Assembly: GCA_043801585.1 (NCBI GenBank)
Contig: JAZDLX010000064.1
Location: forward strand, 1 to 43,820
Source of the DNA: a bacterium
GTDB taxonomy: Bacteria > Electryoneota > Electryoneia > Electryoneales > Electryoneaceae
Direction of reading: 5' to 3'
Length of the DNA: 43,820 nt
Shown one piece after another: positions 9,434-17,873 of the stretch (position 1 is its first letter; each line of letters starts with the position of its first letter). The notes beneath the pieces were generated by a model. The model was not told the DNA's origin and searched no databases. It saw nothing but the letters and a program-made list of their open reading frames with translations. The position numbers were made by a program, and so were the translations under genes.

Positions 9434-11491
9434 ATGAGAACCGGTTTTTGCAGAAACGTCATGCTGTCGCTATCCCTGCTGCTGTTGGCATTGCCTGTGT
9501 ATGCCCAACTCGAGGCGGACCGGCCTGTTCCTCCGGGGAACCCACCCCCGCTGAATGTCATTACAAGAATCAACGGCGCGGGAGATGCGAAAGACTATCC
9601 GGACGCCGATCATCTGATTGTTTTCGATGACCAGGTGAACCGTGTTACAGAAAGCGGTGTCACCTATGTCGATCTTTATACCATTTATAAAATCCTGACG
9701 GAAGAGGGCGCCGTTTCACTGGCAACACTCCGCTGGAACTATGATCCACGCAGCAGTTTTGTCGGAGTGGTCAGTGTCAACATCATCCGCGACGACAAGC
9801 GAATCCCTGTTCCTCTCGATCGCCTGCTTGATCTGCCCGCGCCCCAGTCGATGATTTACTGGAACGATCGAATCAAGCTGCTCCAGTTGCCCCGCTTGCA
9901 GGTTGGAGATGGGATCGAAGTTCGTGCGATGCGCAAGGGGTACAACTACGCATTGCTTGCCGACAACGCCTTCGACAGTCCCAGTGCGATGCAGAAGATT
10001 GCGAGTCCGGATGATAACAAATACATCCCTCCGATGGCCGGAGAATACTTCGATATCGTCCTGTTTCAGGCGGATGTACCCATTGTCGAAAAACGTTATA
10101 CGCTGACCCTGCCGAAATCCAAACGGTTGAACAGTGAAATCTATAACGGGACTCTTTTCGCACGGACCAGCTATACCGCCGACAGCACGATCTACTCGTG
10201 GTGGACATTCAACCAGGAGGCGGCTCCCCACGAGGTGCGCCAACCGGACGAATCCGATTATGTCCCCAAAGTGGTGATGACCACCGCGGAAAGCTGGGAA
10301 GCGAAAAGCCGCTGGTTCTGGGATGTCAACCGGAATCAATTCGAGGTTTCCGACGCCATCCGGGAGAAGGCGCAGCAGATTCTCCTGAATGCTGGTGTCG
10401 ATAAAGGCACCGACATTCAGAAGGCGGCAGCCCTGAACCACTGGGTCGCGCAGAACATCCGCTACAGCGGCCAGACCATGGGTGAAGGGGAGGGGTTCAC
10501 GCTGCACCCATCCGACATGCTGTTTGAATACCGGAGCGGAGTCTGCAAGGACATCGCCTCGATGTCAGTGACGTTTCTGCGCGCCGCCGGTCTCGAATCC
10601 TACCCTGCGATGACCATGGCGGGAAGCCGCATCGAGAATATTCCGGCAGACCAGTTCAACCATTGTGTCGTGGCGTTGAGACAGCGTGACCGTTTTGTCA
10701 TGCTCGATCCCACCTGGGTTCCATTCAACAACGATATCTGGAGCAAGCTCGAGGCGGAACAGCAGTATGTGATTGGTACCCCCAAGGGGGTCAAACTGAA
10801 AGAAATCCGGTACAGTCCGCCCGAAGAATCGCCATTGAACATCACCCATGACGCCACCTTGTCCAATGACGGAACGTTGACGGGGACCATTCGTTTCGAC
10901 GCTGCCGGTGCGGCGGACAGCAGACTGCGGCGTGTGGTCTATCAGCGCCCCAAACGGGAGATTCATCAGTATCTGGCGGAAGTTCTGTCGGAAATCAGCA
11001 ACCGGGTGGAGATCATTGATGTGTCCTATCGTCAGGTGGATGATTTTACCGGAAACATGTGGTTAACCCTCCGTTACCGAGTTCCTCAGTACGCTCTGCC
11101 GGTTGGCAACGGCCTGGAGTTTCACGCTCCCCTGGTAAACGTCGTGCGTCATCATATGCTGTTTTTCCGAGCCGGTTCGGTGACCTGGAAACAGGAACGC
11201 AAGACCGATGTCTTCCTCTATTACACTCAGAAGCTGGACATTCGGGAAACCATTCAGCTCCCGAAGGGCTACAAATTGCCGGAAACCATCAACGCGAAAA
11301 AGGTTGATGCCACCTATGCTTCTTTTAATGCAAACGTCTCCATGAAGAAAAAAGATATTCTGATCGTCACAACGGCGGAGGTGCGAAGACGCCAGATTCC
11401 TCCGAGTGGGTACAATGGTTTCCGCGATGCGATCGAAGAATTGAATGCCTGGGGTGATCGCGTGATCCGAGTGACGAAGGGGGGTGCATGA
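9434..11491 (+). CDS. Secreted DUF3857 + transglutaminase-like domain protein (catalytic triad intact)
   Basis: Signal peptide; GVCKD (Cys), FNHCVV (His) and MLDPT (Asp). AGGAGG RBS before ATG 9434. Confidence 0.85.
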   Translation: MRTGFCRNVMLSLSLLLLALPVYAQLEADRPVPPGNPPPLNVITRINGAGDAKDYPDADHLIVFDDQVNRVTESGVTYVDLYTIYKILTEEGAVSLATLRWNYDPRSSFVGVVSVNIIRDDKRIPVPLDRLLDLPAPQSMIYWNDRIKLLQLPRLQVGDGIEVRAMRKGYNYALLADNAFDSPSAMQKIASPDDNKYIPPMAGEYFDIVLFQADVPIVEKRYTLTLPKSKRLNSEIYNGTLFARTSYTADSTIYSWWTFNQEAAPHEVRQPDESDYVPKVVMTTAESWEAKSRWFWDVNRNQFEVSDAIREKAQQILLNAGVDKGTDIQKAAALNHWVAQNIRYSGQTMGEGEGFTLHPSDMLFEYRSGVCKDIASMSVTFLRAAGLESYPAMTMAGSRIENIPADQFNHCVVALRQRDRFVMLDPTWVPFNNDIWSKLEAEQQYVIGTPKGVKLKEIRYSPPEESPLNITHDATLSNDGTLTGTIRFDAAGAADSRLRRVVYQRPKREIHQYLAEVLSEISNRVEIIDVSYRQVDDFTGNMWLTLRYRVPQYALPVGNGLEFHAPLVNVVRHHMLFFRAGSVTWKQERKTDVFLYYTQKLDIRETIQLPKGYKLPETINAKKVDATYASFNANVSMKKKDILIVTTAEVRRRQIPPSGYNGFRDAIEELNAWGDRVIRVTKGGA

Positions 11492-13407
11492 TGATCGCAT
11501 GGAACAGGTCATTCGTTGCCGGATTCACGCTGTTGATGCTCGTTGCGGTCGTTCATGCGAAACCGATGACTTACAGCGGACGCATGGACATCGGCGAAAT
11601 GCTCGCACTCGCGGACTCGACTTTTGACATGGCCGCTGAGGATGCGGTGGTGCTTCTTGCCGGGCACCGCGAGACGATCCTTCCGGACGGCCGCCGTTCT
11701 GTTCTGATACATCGAATTGTGCGGATTGCAACGGATCATGCCCTTGATACTTACGCGGATTTGCGCATTCCCTATGACGACAAACGTCAGGAGTTGAAGG
11801 TCCACGCACTCCGTGTCTGGCGTGAAAGCGATCAACGATGGATCGAACATCGCCCCACCGCGATTGTCGAGACCACTCCGTTTGAACTCTCCGCTGCTCC
11901 TGCTTATACAAATGTCCGCGAGACAATGCTGCTTCACGACGGCGTCGAATTGCCCTGTATCCTCGAGTGCGCTTACACCATCGAGGACAAAGAGCCCTTC
12001 CGACGTGGGACAAACGGTACGTTCATCTTCCAGGAAGAAGATCCGGTTGTCTGGTCATGGTTGATCTTCGAGATACCGCGAACTGTCACTCCGGTGATCA
12101 AGATTTCTGAAGGCGTTTCGGAAGCCGAAAGGAGCAGCGATCCGGAGCATGGCCTCGATCGCTGGTCGTGGAAGATGGGACCATTGCCCGCGAAGCCGGA
12201 CCCGGAAACCGCCGACCCTGCCGCCTACCTGCCGCATATCTCCTGGTCGACATGGGAAAACTGGAACGCTCTTGGCCGAGATTTGGAAGCAACATTCCGT
12301 GGTGCGATGACCTTGGACAAGGTGCTGAAGGACAGTGTTAAACAGTTTGTTTCTGAAAGCCCTGAACTGCTCGACCGCGCGCGCAAGATCAGCGACTTTG
12401 TCAACCGAACGGTTGCTCCAGTTCATTACGATGACCAATGGTTCTGGCCAAGTCCAAGAACGACAGGTGAAACCTGGGCCAGTGCCTATGGGTGTGGGTT
12501 GGATCGTTCGATCCTTGTCGCTGCCTTAGCGGTTGAAGCGGGTTTTGAAGTGTGGCCCGTTTTTCGCGGAAGTTCCAATGCAGACATCGACGAGGGGGTG
12601 GCAACTCTGGGGAGGATGGAACCTGTCGCACTTTGGATCAGCGGTGAAGGCGTTGAAGCTTACTATGATGCTCAGGCTGACACGTTGATTACGGGTCTTT
12701 CGCCAATCCTTGGCAGATCGGTGTGGGTTGTCGGCCGTGCGGACGCTCCGGAGATACGCGGAGTCGCCGAAGGGGAAACCGCTCGTCTGGAAGTAATGAT
12801 TTCACTGAAGGGAACTGGCAATAACGATCTCACCGGCGAGGGACATGTCACCGGCTATTGGACGCTGAATCCCTATAATGGCATGGACAGCGGGGAAGAG
12901 AAAGGCCGAGAAACCCTTGGAGAAGTCGTGGGCGGTGTGATCGACAGCGCGCAGGTCGGCGACTATTCCACGACAACGTTCGACATGTTCACCATCGCCG
13001 CCGGATTTGAGATGAATGCTCCGCTGCCCAAGGAGGATGCCTACGGCCGTTTGCCAATTAAAACCGGTGAACCCGGGTGGGGAATCCTCGATCTCCTCGG
13101 TAACGACGTTCAACTCTATTCGAGCACGCGAGGTACGCCGGTATACCTGCAGAGTCCTGTGGAACAAACGGTGGGGGTCGAGTTGACACTTCCCGGGAGG
13201 TCTTTCGTGTATCTGCCGGAACCTGTCCACTTGACTAATGACGCGGGATCCTACCGTCTCGAAATCATCCATGAGGGTGAAACGGTTACACTTCGGCGGA
13301 CCCTGCTGCTCGTTTCACGCGTTTACACTCCGGACCAGTGGCCGGCGCTCCGGGCGCTGCTCCTTGCGGAAACGGATCCGGGGAATTGCCTGGTACTCGC
13401 GAAATAG
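11488..13407 (+). CDS. Secreted DUF3857 domain protein with degenerate transglutaminase-like core
   Basis: Signal peptide and the same domain layout as the upstream paralogue (ATGA overlap). GCGLD replaces GVCKD and no NH motif is present. Confidence 0.75.
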   Translation: MMIAWNRSFVAGFTLLMLVAVVHAKPMTYSGRMDIGEMLALADSTFDMAAEDAVVLLAGHRETILPDGRRSVLIHRIVRIATDHALDTYADLRIPYDDKRQELKVHALRVWRESDQRWIEHRPTAIVETTPFELSAAPAYTNVRETMLLHDGVELPCILECAYTIEDKEPFRRGTNGTFIFQEEDPVVWSWLIFEIPRTVTPVIKISEGVSEAERSSDPEHGLDRWSWKMGPLPAKPDPETADPAAYLPHISWSTWENWNALGRDLEATFRGAMTLDKVLKDSVKQFVSESPELLDRARKISDFVNRTVAPVHYDDQWFWPSPRTTGETWASAYGCGLDRSILVAALAVEAGFEVWPVFRGSSNADIDEGVATLGRMEPVALWISGEGVEAYYDAQADTLITGLSPILGRSVWVVGRADAPEIRGVAEGETARLEVMISLKGTGNNDLTGEGHVTGYWTLNPYNGMDSGEEKGRETLGEVVGGVIDSAQVGDYSTTTFDMFTIAAGFEMNAPLPKEDAYGRLPIKTGEPGWGILDLLGNDVQLYSSTRGTPVYLQSPVEQTVGVELTLPGRSFVYLPEPVHLTNDAGSYRLEIIHEGETVTLRRTLLLVSRVYTPDQWPALRALLLAETDPGNCLVLAK

Positions 13408-13460
13408 GGTTATGAGATCACAATACTTCATTCGGAAACATGCGTTCATTACAAGGCCTG

Positions 13461-14927
13461 CTACAGTAAATCGAATGAGGTAAGGTGCCTCTTTAATTTC
13501 TCCCTCAGGTAGTTGAGAGCGGCGGCTCGAAACGTGCCCCAGGAATCGAGCGGCTCTGCGAGATTTTTCAATCTGTTTTCATACTGCGGGAGTTCATCCG
13601 GCGGACAGGCGTGCCAGGCGGCGACATTTTCGCGTTGATCCTCCGTCACTGGAATGTGGTTGCCGGAGAACACCAGGAAAAGATCGCTGGAAAAATCCAC
13701 AGGAGTCCCATCGGGGGTGATATACGAGATTCGTCCGAGGATATGCGGCATTGCTCCGTGTAGTCCGGTCTCCTCGGCCAGTTCTCGCCGCACTGCATCC
13801 GCCGAAGATTCGTCCCCGTCGATGCCCCCACCCGGGAGCCGAAAAATCCCTTCAGGATAGGTGTTCTTTCGTTGCAGCCAGATTGCACCGTTGTTGCTCA
13901 CGAGCGCGAAAAGAACTTCGCCGTGACGGCCTTTTCGGTTTAACGGTGGAAAGTCCGCATGGGGCAGTACGACACGGGGGGCCTCGAGATCGAGGGGAAT
14001 ACCGCGGGCATCGGCGATCAGTACTCCATGCCCGACTCCGCGCAACGAAAGATGCACGGTATCTTTTCCAAGCCCCCCCAGCAGTTCACGCATCGCCACA
14101 GCGGAATGAACGATGACATCCGCCCGTTCCATGTGATCGGGCGCCATCATCCGGCGGCGTTCCGCATGGGTCATACGGCCCAACTTCTGCACGATCACGT
14201 CCAGTGCTTCAGGAGTCAGCGTGGTCGCACGTTCTCCGCTGCCCTTCCAGAAGCGGCGAGCGAGGACCGAAAATGCCGCCGCCGCTCCACCGATGAAGAC
14301 AAGACGGGTTTCGGCGGGAAGCGGGTTGATTTCTTCCAGGAGAGTTCGGGCCTCGTGGCGCACACGGTCGATCTGTTCGAATGTTGGCGGGTCGTCCAAG
14401 GGAATTAGCCGCGCAAGCCGCCGTGCACCGATGGGAAGAGAGAGGGTCCGTTCAGGGATGATGCCCGCACCCCAGGCCAAATCGGTCGAGCCACCGCCGT
14501 GATCCAGCGTCGCCAGGGGCTCGTTATTCCCCATCTCGTCTCGAACCGCAACAAATCCCGCGCAGGCCTCTTCGGGCTCCGAGAGTATCCGCAGATGGAG
14601 TCCTGTGGCGTGAAACAGCTTGTCCGCGACTTCACGTGCATTCTTTGCCTCTCGCAGAATCCAGGTGCCGACAACATCCACAACTTCGGGATGTAAGTCC
14701 GTATCAACGAAAAGTTCACGCACTGCGGACACGGTGCGGTCAATGGATGGTGAATCCAGAATGCCCTCTCCACTCAGTCCGGCTGCAAATCGAGTTATTT
14801 TTTCACGGTCGAACAACTCGATGCACAGGCCCTCGCGGAAGGACATCGCGGTGAACTTGACAGCGTTGGATCCAATGTCAAAGATGGCTCGGACGGAGGG
14901 GATGGCTGAAGGTTTTTTTTCAGACAT
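13461..14927 (-). CDS. Ppx/GppA-family phosphatase fused to a C-terminal Nudix hydrolase
   Basis: ASKHA motifs IFDIGSNAVK, SEPEEA, LDHGGGSTD and RADVI, then a complete Nudix box GGIDGDESSADAVRRELAEETGL. Confidence 0.88.
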   Translation of the reverse strand: MSEKKPSAIPSVRAIFDIGSNAVKFTAMSFREGLCIELFDREKITRFAAGLSGEGILDSPSIDRTVSAVRELFVDTDLHPEVVDVVGTWILREAKNAREVADKLFHATGLHLRILSEPEEACAGFVAVRDEMGNNEPLATLDHGGGSTDLAWGAGIIPERTLSLPIGARRLARLIPLDDPPTFEQIDRVRHEARTLLEEINPLPAETRLVFIGGAAAAFSVLARRFWKGSGERATTLTPEALDVIVQKLGRMTHAERRRMMAPDHMERADVIVHSAVAMRELLGGLGKDTVHLSLRGVGHGVLIADARGIPLDLEAPRVVLPHADFPPLNRKGRHGEVLFALVSNNGAIWLQRKNTYPEGIFRLPGGGIDGDESSADAVRRELAEETGLHGAMPHILGRISYITPDGTPVDFSSDLFLVFSGNHIPVTEDQRENVAAWHACPPDELPQYENRLKNLAEPLDSWGTFRAAALNYLREKLKRHLTSFDLL

Positions 14928-15927
14928 GAAACGGTTGATTCATTTTGCCGACCCGGGTTATCCAGGAGTCACCGATGTTGCTGATCATCACGGAGAGTTC
15001 GCGCACGATCTGTAGATCGAGGTGCCCCGAGTTGACGGCTTCATGCAGCATTCGAAGCGCCTCTGCTATGGGCAGGGCCTGCCTGTATGGTCGATCGGTG
15101 ATCAGTGCATCGAAGTAATCGACAGCAGCGATGATTCTCGCGCCGAAGGGGATCTCATCGCTTGAGAGTCCGTCTGGATACCCTTTGCCGTCCCAGCGTT
15201 CATGATGATTCCGAATGATCGGGAGCGCTTTGTGCAGGCTGCGAAGCGGTCTGCAAATATCCTCTCCCTTTACCGGGTGTTCACGCATGATTGTTGTTTC
15301 ATCCGCGGTCAACGGGCCGGGTTTCAGCAGGATATTCTCCGGGATCCCGATCTTCCCGATGTCGTGAAGAATGCCACCCCGGCGGAAGGATTGCAGATCG
15401 TCTTCGCCGTACCCAAGGCGGTGTCCAAGAACCACCGAGTAGTGCGAGAGCCGGGCACAGTGACCCTGTGTGTAGGGATCCTTGGCTTCCACGGCGAGGG
15501 CGAGAGAGAAGATAACCTCTTCGGCGTGTTCGAGATCGTCGGTGAACTGTTTCAGCTTCAGCAGGGAATGGACACGGGCGGACAGTTCCGATAGATGAAA
15601 CGGTTTGCTGATAAAATCGTCGGCTCCCGCCTCGATGCCCATGACGCGGTCTTCCGTGCTTCCCAAACCGGTGAGAAGGACGACCGGTATCAACCTGGTG
15701 CTACGCTCGGATTTGATCCGCTTGCAGAGTTCAAAACCGTCCATCCTGGGCATCATCACATCGGAAAGAACCAAATCAGGTGGGTTCTCGCGCAACAGTT
15801 CTATGGCCTCTTCGCCGTTGGTGGCAAGCTGTGGCTGGTATCCCAGGTTCTTGATCATCTCGCTGAGCAGGTCAAGAGTGGAGGGGTCGTCGTCTGCGAT
15901 AAGAATGCGAGCGAAATGATGGTTCAT
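14920..15927 (-). CDS. Response regulator with HD-GYP output domain (RpfG-like c-di-GMP phosphodiesterase)
   Basis: REC domain: ILIADDD, LSDVMMP, KPF. HD-GYP domain: EAKDPYTQGH, LHDIGK, HHERWDGKGYP, DRPYR. ATG 15927 overlaps the selD stop. Confidence 0.93.
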   Translation of the reverse strand: MNHHFARILIADDDPSTLDLLSEMIKNLGYQPQLATNGEEAIELLRENPPDLVLSDVMMPRMDGFELCKRIKSERSTRLIPVVLLTGLGSTEDRVMGIEAGADDFISKPFHLSELSARVHSLLKLKQFTDDLEHAEEVIFSLALAVEAKDPYTQGHCARLSHYSVVLGHRLGYGEDDLQSFRRGGILHDIGKIGIPENILLKPGPLTADETTIMREHPVKGEDICRPLRSLHKALPIIRNHHERWDGKGYPDGLSSDEIPFGARIIAAVDYFDALITDRPYRQALPIAEALRMLHEAVNSGHLDLQIVRELSVMISNIGDSWITRVGKMNQPFHV

Positions 15928-17054
15928 GCATCCTCTCCCGCAGCATTCAAAGCCAGCTTCGAAAGATCGTCCGGGCAGGATTCCACGGTGCAGGAAAGGA
16001 ACCGCAGGCGAAACTCCTCCTGTTCCGGAACGACAACTCCAATCCGCCATGCCTGTTCGCCAAGACGTTCGAGTTCACGGATCATCGCACCTGCACCGGC
16101 GGGTGGTAACGAGACCAGCAGACCGCCGGAAGTCTGGGGATCGGATACGATTCGCTGCATCGCTTCAGAGACATCTTCGTCAATCAGGGTTTCAGCTTTT
16201 CTGAAGGCGAGGTTCCTTCTCTCGCCACCACTGTAATAGGAACGGCTGGCAGCGATTTCAAGGGCGCCCGGAAGCAACGGCAGCGATTCGGTACAAAGCA
16301 GCATACTCACACCTGAGGCTTTCGCCATTACTGTCGCGTGCCCAAGCAATCCGAACCCGGTGATATCGGTGGCTGCGTGAGCGGAAGCGTTAAGCGCCTG
16401 TTCAGAAGCGTGGCGATTCAGACGTGACATGCTTTGGACCATGCCATCCACATATTCTTCGGCGGCCGCACCGTTCATCAGGGCGTTGGCGATCAGTCCG
16501 GTACCCAGCGGCTTGGTCAGCACGAGGACATCCCCCGCTGTTGCTTTGCTGTTGCTAAGGATTTTGTCTGGGTGAACCTTGCCGGTGACCGATAACCCAA
16601 ACTTCAGTTCGTTGTCGGTTACCGAGTGGCCGCCGAGAACCGCCACCCCGGCCTCGTCGCAAACTTGCTGGCTGCCGAGGAGAATTTCCGCCAACACTTC
16701 CTCATCCAGACTGTCAACAGGGAACGCGAGAATATTCAGCGCCGTCAGCGGCTCACCCCCCATCGCGTAGACGTCGGAAAGACTGTTGGCTGCAGCAATC
16801 CTCCCGTAGTCGAAGGGATCGTCCACGATTGGGGTAAAAAAATCCACTGTCTGCACGAGGGCGAGATCATCCGTCAGACGGTACACACCCGCATCGTCCA
16901 GAGTCGATTGATCCACCAGCACTTCAGCCCGTCCACTCCGGGCCAGTTTTATCAGCAAGCGATCCAGCACCGCCGGATCAAGCTTGCTCGCTCAACCGGC
17001 GCACCGGGTAAACTGGGTGAGTTTGAAGTGGGATTTGGCGCTTTTTGACGTCAT
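15924..17054 (-). CDS. selD: Selenide, water dikinase (selenophosphate synthetase), selenocysteine-containing
   Basis: ATG 17054 (GAGGA RBS) reads MTSKSAKSHFKLTQFTRCAG-TGA-ASKLDP in frame into DDAGVY, QTVDFFTP, NSLSDVYAMGG, GGHS, TDITGFGLLGH and DPQTSGGLL. TGA at 16994-16992 occupies the catalytic Cys/Sec position. Confidence 0.95.
16954..16988 (-). promoter_or_regulatory. Bacterial SECIS element of selD
   Basis: Starts 3 nt after the UGA: AGCAAGC-UU-GAUCCGGC-GGU-GCUGGAUC-GCUUGCU, i.e. two stems, a UU bulge and a G-containing apical loop. Confidence 0.88.
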
Positions 17055-17210
17055 TGCATCCTCAGGATTCGCCTTCTATCCCATCGCTCAATGTTGACCA
17101 TCATGCGTGGTCAGTAGAACTCGAATATACAACGACGGTTGTGCATTACATGTCAATTTGAAAGGATTTACCGAGCAGGGAGGTGAAAAAGGTTTCGGAT
17201 TTTTCTTGTT

Positions 17211-17227
17211 TTGGCATGAGTCTTGCT
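17211..17227 (+). promoter_or_regulatory. Sigma-54 (-24/-12) promoter
   Basis: TTGGCATGAGTCTTGCT has one mismatch to YTGGCACGRNNNTTGCW and exact GG-N10-GC spacing; it lies about 60 nt upstream of ATG 17288. Confidence 0.7.
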
Positions 17228-17287
17228 TCTATAATACTAAATACCCGAATTGTGGGAAAAGTGGACTATTTTGAAACAGAGGTTGTG

Positions 17288-17641
17288 ATGAGTCTCCTTC
17301 GTGCAGCTGATGAAGCGATCGAAGCCCGGAAACTTCTCCATATTATGGAGCAGGAAATCAATCATTTAAAACTTAAGGAAGAGGATCAGACGGCATTTCT
17401 CGAATTGTATTGGAGAATTTGGGATCTGGTTGCAGGCGTCGTTGATGAGCTTGAACACTCGTTAGTTCCGGAGAATCAAGCGATTGCTGTGACCTTCCTT
17501 CCACGGGAAAAGACAGATGAATCAATTGTTGCGGAAGCTGCACCGGGATATCGCGTACCCCGCCGTGGAGGTGATGCCCGTGGGACTCTCTTTCTGCCTT
17601 CCGTTTCCCCTGATACAGAAAACGAGCAAGACGACCATTGA
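17288..17641 (+). CDS. Small acidic hypothetical protein
   Basis: 117-aa ORF with GAGG RBS, downstream of the sigma-54 motif; helical-looking N-terminus; no family recognised. Confidence 0.6.
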   Translation: MSLLRAADEAIEARKLLHIMEQEINHLKLKEEDQTAFLELYWRIWDLVAGVVDELEHSLVPENQAIAVTFLPREKTDESIVAEAAPGYRVPRRGGDARGTLFLPSVSPDTENEQDDH

Positions 17642-17811
17642 CTTGTGCTGGTCGTGGCGGCGGTGATTGCGACTGTCACCGTCATGAAAAAACGATCGCT
17701 TCGAACGTTGTCCCGGGTCGCCCCCCAGCCGGTGAACGAACCATTCTTCCGCAACGTGCGATCTCTCCTGCTACGGCAACAGCAGCAGCGAGGAACCGGT
17801 TATAAATACAA

Positions 17812-17837
17812 CCGGATATCCCATACGGGATACCCGG
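17812..17837 (-). terminator. Probable intrinsic terminator of the ECF operon (possibly bidirectional)
   Basis: Minus strand CCGGGTATCCC-GTAT-GGGATATCCGG followed by TTGTATTT. Confidence 0.55.
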
Positions 17838-17873
17838 CTTTCTCCATTACGCCCCGGCTCCTCGGCGTTCCGG

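Noticed and set aside
16992..16994. selD as a pseudogene with a premature stop
   Set aside because: The TGA falls exactly at the catalytic Cys/Sec position, is followed by a SECIS-like hairpin, and the rest of the gene is intact.
17124..17156. TTGACA...TATATT as the selD sigma-70 promoter (minus strand)
   Set aside because: The spacer is 21 nt, too long for a canonical promoter, so it was not called.
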